Of a stretch of DNA of 64,000 nucleotides, positions 58,884 through 64,000 are shown piece by piece. Position 1 is the first letter of the stretch. Every line of letters starts with the position of its first letter. A program made the position numbers and the translations under genes. The notes beneath the pieces are model-generated. The model did no database searches, had not been told where the DNA came from, and was given only the letters and a program-made list of their open reading frames with translations. Source of the stretch: Candidatus Daviesbacteria bacterium (GTDB lineage Bacteria > Patescibacteriota > Microgenomatia > Daviesbacterales > UBA10151); assembly GCA_016176415.1 (NCBI GenBank), contig JACOXH010000002.1, positions 32,072 through 96,071 on the forward strand. The letters run 5' to 3'.

Positions 58884-59792
58884 ATGTGGGAGTCAGCAGG
58901 CTTTATAACCGGTATTATTTTAGGTAGTTTTGCTAAGGCGCTGGCTGACAGGAGTTTAGGCAAAAACTCATTTTGGGGAAGGTCGTACTGTCCATCCTGC
59001 AAAGCAGGATTAAGGTGGTACGACCTCTTTCCCGTTTTCTCATATCTGCTTCTTAAAGGCCGGTGCAGATACTGTCATAGGAAGATTGGTATTGAATATT
59101 TAGTGGTTGAGGTAGTGATGGGAGTATTAATAGCGTTTCTTTTTACCCAGACATTTGTTAATTTTAAATTTGAAATTTTTAATTTTTATTCAATTTTAAA
59201 TTTTAAATTTTTAATTTTTATTTTCGAACTGATACTTAAAATTTTCTTTATTACTGTTTTGACAGCTTTATTCATAACTGATATTAAAAAAATGCTGATT
59301 CCTGACAGAATTGTTATACCTGCTATTTGGATCGGACTCACTTCCCTCTTTGCGTTGACTGCTTATAAAATCGGGTATCTTTACTATTATCTTTCAAGTA
59401 ATCTGTTGGGAAGGTACCTTCTGCCTCCCAATGAATATTTCGGGAGACATGCTTTAATAATCTCTCAACCTCTTTTGTACGGGATTGGGACAGGTTTTGG
59501 TATAGCTGCTTTTTTCTACATTATTATATTGCTAACCCGGGGTAAAGGCATGGGCGGAGGTGACGTAAAATTGGGCGCATTTATGGGGTTGATGTTGGGA
59601 TTTCCCAATGGTATTTTGGCTTTAATTTTGTCATTCTTAACAGGCGCTGTTTTTTCCGTTATGCTGATTATTGCCGGTAAAAAACATTTCGGACAGGTTA
59701 TTCCGTTTGGACCCTTTCTTGTGGCCGGCAGTTTAATTGCTCTTTTTTGGGGAAACAGAATTATTGATTGGTATTTACAGATTGGTCGGTAA
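58884..59792 (+). CDS. pilD: prepilin peptidase (A24 family)
   Basis: N-terminal CPSC...CRYC, the catalytic-Asp context GGGDVKL, and multiple TM segments. It contains an A/T-only repeat insert. Confidence 0.85.
   Translation: MWESAGFITGIILGSFAKALADRSLGKNSFWGRSYCPSCKAGLRWYDLFPVFSYLLLKGRCRYCHRKIGIEYLVVEVVMGVLIAFLFTQTFVNFKFEIFNFYSILNFKFLIFIFELILKIFFITVLTALFITDIKKMLIPDRIVIPAIWIGLTSLFALTAYKIGYLYYYLSSNLLGRYLLPPNEYFGRHALIISQPLLYGIGTGFGIAAFFYIIILLTRGKGMGGGDVKLGAFMGLMLGFPNGILALILSFLTGAVFSVMLIIAGKKHFGQVIPFGPFLVAGSLIALFWGNRIIDWYLQIGR
59158..59224. repeat. A/T-only tract with two tandem units of about 31 nt, inside pilD
   Basis: ATTTTAAATTTGAAATTTTTAATTTTTATT / AATTTTAAATTTTAAATTTTTAATTTTTATTTT. It encodes NFKFEIFNFYSILNFKFLIFIF. 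Confidence 0.8.
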
Positions 59793-59836
59793 TATAAAGC
59801 TAAATTGCTGTAACCATTCAGGATTTGACAAAAGTC

Positions 59837-59904
59837 TGTCATCCTGAGCGTAGCGAAGGATATAATTGAAGTTATATTCTTCGGCTTTCAGCCTCAGAAT
59901 GACA
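59837..59904. repeat. MITE-like palindromic element, copy E (short form)
   Basis: TGTCATCCTGAGCGTAGCGAAGGAT...GCCTCAGAATGACA. Confidence 0.7.
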
Positions 59905-59990
59905 ATTTCTTTGGAAACTCCTGAACTATTACAAATTGCTATATTGACAAGTTTTTAAAGGTGTGTGAATAATAATTACAGTAACAAAAT

Positions 59991-60389
59991 ATGAAAAAGT
60001 TTCTGCCCAAAACTGTCAATAATCCTAAAGGCTTTACATTAGTCGAACTTCTGGTTGTTATCTCTGTTATTGCTGTTTTATCTGTCATTGGTATAACCAT
60101 CTTCTCCGGTACTCAAAAAACAGCCAGGGATTCAAGAAGACGGGCAGATGTGGATGCTTTAAGTAAAGCAGTAGAAGCTCATTATAATAGTAGTAAAGAC
60201 CAATATTGCACGGCTAATGCCGGTACTTATTGTGCGCCTGTTGCAGCATGGTTTGCCAGCGGTAGTTTGCCGAAGGATCCGCAAACGAGTGCAGACTATA
60301 CCGGAGTTCCGGCAAATGGAGCTACTACCTACAATGTCTGCGCTACTTTAGAAGGTGGCGGAACATATTGTAAAACCCAACAGCAGTAA
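59991..60389 (+). CDS. type IV pilin-like protein
   Basis: KGFTLVELLVVISVIAVL prepilin N-terminus. A TTGACA promoter-like box lies at 59944. Confidence 0.8.
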   Translation: MKKFLPKTVNNPKGFTLVELLVVISVIAVLSVIGITIFSGTQKTARDSRRRADVDALSKAVEAHYNSSKDQYCTANAGTYCAPVAAWFASGSLPKDPQTSADYTGVPANGATTYNVCATLEGGGTYCKTQQQ

Positions 60390-60397
60390 TTCTTTCG

Positions 60398-60832
60398 ATG
60401 CCAAAATCTTCCCGCGGTTTCACTCTGGTTGAGCTGCTTATCACTGTTTCTATTATTGCGATACTTTCCGCAATTGGTCTGATTGTTTATTCTGCTGTAA
60501 TAAAACAGGGCCGGGATTCAAAAAGGCAGTCTGATTTAAGATCTATTCAGTCTGCTTTAGAACAATATTATTCGGATCAATTCTATTATCCTTCATCAAT
60601 TACAATTAATAGCCCGCTTAACTTTGGGGGAAAAACCTATCTCAATAATATTCCCGGCGATCCTTTGGGTAATCCTCAATATAGTTATATTGCTTCCCCT
60701 TCAGGATGCAATAATACTTCAGTAAAGTGCAACTATTACTGTCTTTATGCTAAGCTGGAGAACACCTCTTCTCCTGCGCCTTCAGGTTGTACTTACCCTG
60801 GTGGTTATAATTTTGCAGTCAGTCCTCCTTAA
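60398..60832 (+). CDS. type IV pilin-like protein
   Basis: RGFTLVELLITVSIIAIL prepilin N-terminus. Confidence 0.8.
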   Translation: MPKSSRGFTLVELLITVSIIAILSAIGLIVYSAVIKQGRDSKRQSDLRSIQSALEQYYSDQFYYPSSITINSPLNFGGKTYLNNIPGDPLGNPQYSYIASPSGCNNTSVKCNYYCLYAKLENTSSPAPSGCTYPGGYNFAVSPP

Positions 60833-60848
60833 TGTACAATAGAAAGAG

Positions 60849-61364
60849 ATGAAACTTTCTGCCGCAGGTTTTACCCTTATTGAACTTTTGGTTGTAATGG
60901 CTATTATGGGTATAATTGGGGTCTATTCTCTTGCAAACTACAGGTCATTTGGAGAGGACCAGAACTTAAGAAATGCTGTTTTGGATATTATTACTCTACT
61001 CCGGCAGGCTCAAACCAATGCTACAGCAGGTACCATATGCACAAATGCAGGAGGAGCTATGTGGCGTGTTAATTTTAAAACAACTAATACCCTTGAACTG
61101 CAATGTAAACAGCCCTCTCAGACCTCTTTTACCACAAAAAAGATACTGGTACTTGACCGTAATATAACCATTGCAAGCGGAATAATAAGCGAGGGTTGTG
61201 GAGGCCAGTCTATTTCTCTGCCGTTCCCTGTTTATTTTGCTCCTGTTACCGGAAAGATAATATTGGCAGACACAGCTTGCTCATTATTTAATATTCCTGT
61301 AACCAACAATAAAACCACAAAGTTTTTTACAATAGAAACAGGAGGAAGAATTTATGCGCAATAA
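60849..61364 (+). CDS. minor pilin / pseudopilin
   Basis: AGFTLIELLVVMAIMGII prepilin N-terminus. Confidence 0.75.
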   Translation: MKLSAAGFTLIELLVVMAIMGIIGVYSLANYRSFGEDQNLRNAVLDIITLLRQAQTNATAGTICTNAGGAMWRVNFKTTNTLELQCKQPSQTSFTTKKILVLDRNITIASGIISEGCGGQSISLPFPVYFAPVTGKIILADTACSLFNIPVTNNKTTKFFTIETGGRIYAQ

Positions 61365-61824
61365 AGGTGGAAGCTTAATTGAGGTAACAATAGCAACCAC
61401 AGTAGGTATATTGGTGGTTAGTGCTTTAACATTTGCCACTATTTTTTCTTTGAGGAATGCCAATTTTGCCAAAAGTTCTGCACAGGCCACAAAGTTGGCG
61501 CAGGATGGAATAGAGAGAGTGAGAACGCTGCGGGACAGAAACGGAGCGGTAAACTATACAGGCAGTCCGGGGGCCAGCGAGTTTGATGCTCTTTGGTCAG
61601 TTTCCTTCAGTTGTCCTTCAAATTGTTACTTTTACTTTGATGCGTTGGGAAAACTTTCAGGCGGAACAGCAAGCAATTTTGAGGTGATTGCGCCCGATTT
61701 TAAAAGGCAGTTTAAGATAGAAGATTCCGGCAGCGAACAGAAAAAAATTACTGTGATTGTCAGATGGACTGATCAAACAGGAGACCATGATTCAAAACTG
61801 ACTACCATATTAAGAAAATTATGA
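61354..61824 (+). CDS. minor pilin / pseudopilin
   Basis: GGSLIEVTIATTVGILVV N-terminus. The start overlaps the upstream gene. Confidence 0.65.
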   Translation: MRNKGGSLIEVTIATTVGILVVSALTFATIFSLRNANFAKSSAQATKLAQDGIERVRTLRDRNGAVNYTGSPGASEFDALWSVSFSCPSNCYFYFDALGKLSGGTASNFEVIAPDFKRQFKIEDSGSEQKKITVIVRWTDQTGDHDSKLTTILRKL

Positions 61825-62402
61825 AAAGAAATGGCTTTACTATAGCTGAAATATTAGTTGTTATTGCGGTGATGGCAGTAGTGGGGACTTTTTTAGTGGC
61901 AATTTTTTCCTCTACCCTGCGCGGTAACAATAAGTCTCAAATATTGTCTGCTATTAAACAAAACGGTCAGGCAGTTTTAGATAGGATTGATAAGGAGATA
62001 AGGGGGGCAGACGATATAACCTGCAGAAGCAGTGACGGATATACGCTGGTAATACTTAAATCCAAAATTTACACCAGGTTCAGGTTTATACCTCCTGCTT
62101 CGACTTCCAACGGTATAATCGCAATGGATAATCCCGTACAATCAACAGAAGATCAACAGTTATTTTTAAATAATGTCTGTACGGATCCGTTAGTAAATCC
62201 GGTAGCGTTAACAGACAGCAATCTCCGCTCAGGCGTATCAGTGGAAAATGGGAGCTTTATAAGGGATAAGCCGGCAGGACTCAAAGATCAGATAACTATA
62301 AAGTTTGATTTAAAAGCTGCAAAAGAGGTGCCTCCGGTTATTGCCGACGATGTTGGTGCTGTGACTTTTCAAACAACCGTATCATGCAGAAACTGTCCTT
62401 AA
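61821..62402 (+). CDS. minor pilin / pseudopilin
   Basis: NGFTIAEILVVIAVMAVV N-terminus. Confidence 0.7.
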   Translation: MKRNGFTIAEILVVIAVMAVVGTFLVAIFSSTLRGNNKSQILSAIKQNGQAVLDRIDKEIRGADDITCRSSDGYTLVILKSKIYTRFRFIPPASTSNGIIAMDNPVQSTEDQQLFLNNVCTDPLVNPVALTDSNLRSGVSVENGSFIRDKPAGLKDQITIKFDLKAAKEVPPVIADDVGAVTFQTTVSCRNCP

Positions 62403-62429
62403 GGGATGATTTTATTGTAATATAAAAAT

Positions 62430-63308
62430 ATGCGCCAAAAAGGTCAGGTTATTTTAATACTGGTTTTGATTATGACTGTAGCTTTGGCAGTCGGGATTTC
62501 CGTTGTTCAGCGTTCTCTTTCCGATGTATCAACTGCTACTAAAATTGAGCAATCTTCAAGAGCTTTTTCAGCGGCGGAAGCAGGAATAGAAAAAGCATTA
62601 AAAAATGATGCTTCGGGGGTAGATTTCACAGTGGATAATAATTCCAGCGCTACTGTGAGCACTAACAATTTAGTGCCGGGACTGCCGACCGGATACGGAC
62701 GTCAGGACCCGATAGAATGTCCTCCCGGTGATTCAAGTTTACCCAAAGAAGGCATGGCACAGGTTTGGTTGGCCAACCCCCAATCTACAACCAATCCACC
62801 GGAAGAACGTTACAAAGCAAACGAGCTGGATGTTTACTGGGGTAATTCTTCTGGTGATAAAGCGGCATTGGCAATAACAGTGGTTTATTATCAGGGTGGT
62901 GAATACAAAACCAACAAATATTATTTTGATCACAATAACAGGGTTCCCCCTCTTCCTGCGGGTGACGGATTTACGACGGTAGATTGCCCCGGTAACATTA
63001 AGCCCGCTTATTCTGACGGAACTACAGGAAGTACTTATCAGTGTTCAACAAGGATCAAGCCGTTACCTGCCGGCACATTGATTCTTTTGCGGGCCAGGCT
63101 TCTGCTGAATGAAACAGAACAGCCTTTTGCTGTGCAGGCAGTCGGGACCTGCGGCAGAGATTGTTCTATTCCCCCGCAGGCAAAACTAATAGAATCAACA
63201 GGCACCTCAGGGGACGTTGCGCGAAAGATTAAATTCTGTCAGACGGAAAAAGTAGTTCCTGCTTATTTTGACTATGCCATCTTTTCTATGGGAGAGATTA
63301 ACAAATAA
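62430..63308 (+). CDS. PilX-like pilus-associated protein
   Basis: It has an N-terminal hydrophobic helix (GQVILILVLIMTVALAVGI) but no G-F/E5 prepilin motif. It sits inside the pilin operon. Confidence 0.55.
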   Translation: MRQKGQVILILVLIMTVALAVGISVVQRSLSDVSTATKIEQSSRAFSAAEAGIEKALKNDASGVDFTVDNNSSATVSTNNLVPGLPTGYGRQDPIECPPGDSSLPKEGMAQVWLANPQSTTNPPEERYKANELDVYWGNSSGDKAALAITVVYYQGGEYKTNKYYFDHNNRVPPLPAGDGFTTVDCPGNIKPAYSDGTTGSTYQCSTRIKPLPAGTLILLRARLLLNETEQPFAVQAVGTCGRDCSIPPQAKLIESTGTSGDVARKIKFCQTEKVVPAYFDYAIFSMGEINK

Positions 63309-63317
63309 CATTTGACA

Positions 63318-63359
63318 ATGGACAATGGACAAATAAATCTCAAATGTCAAATGTCAAAT
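63318..63359. repeat. heptamer tracts (ACAATGG x2, AAATGTC x2.5) at the start of a minor pilin gene
   Basis: Read directly from the sequence. The start codon of the 63351 gene lies inside the repeat. Confidence 0.8.
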
Positions 63360-63752
63360 GAAAGAGGGTTTTCCCTTGTAGAGTCCATGATTGTTATAGC
63401 GATAATAGGTTCGATAGTCTTTTTGATTGCCAGTATTCCCAACTCTTTAATGCTTATTACCAAAAGCAGAAATATAAGTTTAGCCAGAGAAATAGCTGTT
63501 AAACAAATTGAAGATAAAAGACAAATAAGTTATGAAAATTTAGTAAATGACAACTCCCCTATTACTGATACACGATTGAGCTTGTTGCCTCAGGGAAGCG
63601 GAAATTTGATTATTGAAGATTGTGATAGTGCAGTCTGCACAAACGGAGAGCCTGTAAAACGGGTTAAAACAACAGTCAGCTGGGTTGTTGAAGGAAAGAC
63701 GCAAAAAGTTACTTTGGAAACAATGATTGGAGAAGGAGGGATTAACCAGTGA
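63351..63752 (+). CDS. minor pilin / pseudopilin
   Basis: MSNERGFSLVESMIVIAIIG prepilin N-terminus. ATG 63351 is preferred over TTG 63312. Confidence 0.7.
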   Translation: MSNERGFSLVESMIVIAIIGSIVFLIASIPNSLMLITKSRNISLAREIAVKQIEDKRQISYENLVNDNSPITDTRLSLLPQGSGNLIIEDCDSAVCTNGEPVKRVKTTVSWVVEGKTQKVTLETMIGEGGINQ

Positions 63753-63783
63753 AATGTCAAATGTCAAATGTCAAATGTCAAAT
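63752..63783. repeat. AAATGTC x4 tandem heptamer at the start of the next pilin-like gene
   Basis: Read directly from the sequence. It places ATGs at 63754, 63761, 63768 and 63775. Confidence 0.85.
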
Positions 63784-64000
63784 CTGCAATAAAGGCTTGA
63801 CTTTGGTGGAGGTGTTGGTGGCCATGGGAATTGTTACTGTAACAGGAGTGCTGTTAGTTGCTGTTATAGTTAACAGTACCGGAGTTTTTTCTAAGCAGTC
63901 TTCAAAAATACAAACAGGTGTAAGTATTAACGATTCTTTGATGCAGATAAGGGGCGCCATTAAACAGGCAAGTGGTATAGCTGAAACTTTAACACAGGGT
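63761..64000 (+). CDS. minor pilin / pseudopilin (3' end truncated by the window edge)
   Basis: The frame is open from GTG 63749 / ATG 63761 to the window end. N-terminus MSNVKCQICNKGLTLVEVLVAMGIV. This ORF is not in the supplied track because it has no stop codon. Confidence 0.65.
   Translation, partial: MSNVKCQICNKGLTLVEVLVAMGIVTVTGVLLVAVIVNSTGVFSKQSSKIQTGVSINDSLMQIRGAIKQASGIAETLTQG

Noticed and set aside
63318-63783. I considered whether the short tandem repeats are CRISPR arrays.
   Set aside because: The units are 7-8 nt and directly tandem, with no spacers. No cas genes are present in the window.

Overview
This is an AT-rich bacterial window with short, tightly packed and often overlapping genes. 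It reads with the standard genetic code. By inference it looks like a reduced-genome, CPR/Patescibacteria-like organism. Most genes are housekeeping: dnaB, tRNA-Leu(CAA), pepN, efp, galU, lgt, a histidine kinase/receiver pair, tgt, yebC, ruvC, gyrA, gyrB, def, and a peptidoglycan cluster (murC/D/I, a MurF-like ligase, FemAB). The last 10 kb is a Gram-positive-style type IV pilus locus with pilB, pilT, pilC, pilD and nine pilin-like genes.

Three things stand out.

1. An accessory segment at about 28.3-36.0 kb. It starts with a roughly 0.95 kb ORF-free, hairpin-rich region. Next come a divergent tyrosine recombinase overlapping a PD-(D/E)xK-like gene, then a membrane-anchored dockerin/cohesin trio. 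A second recombinase is translationally coupled to that trio, and the 3' end of its gene is reiterated downstream.

2. Several short repeat families that also sit in-frame inside essential genes:
- a TGTCATYCTGAG...CTCAGRATGACA palindromic MITE-like element, with one copy in murC;
- GGGGTG/CACCCC REP-like units flanking a RAYT-type transposase, with one copy in tgt;
- GAGTCAA-type 7- and 8-mers in yebC, gyrA and holB;
- A/T-only repeats in pilD and rluD.

3. ATG-bearing heptamer tracts exactly at the starts of two minor pilin genes.

All functional calls rest on motifs read by eye. No database search or RNA folding was run.
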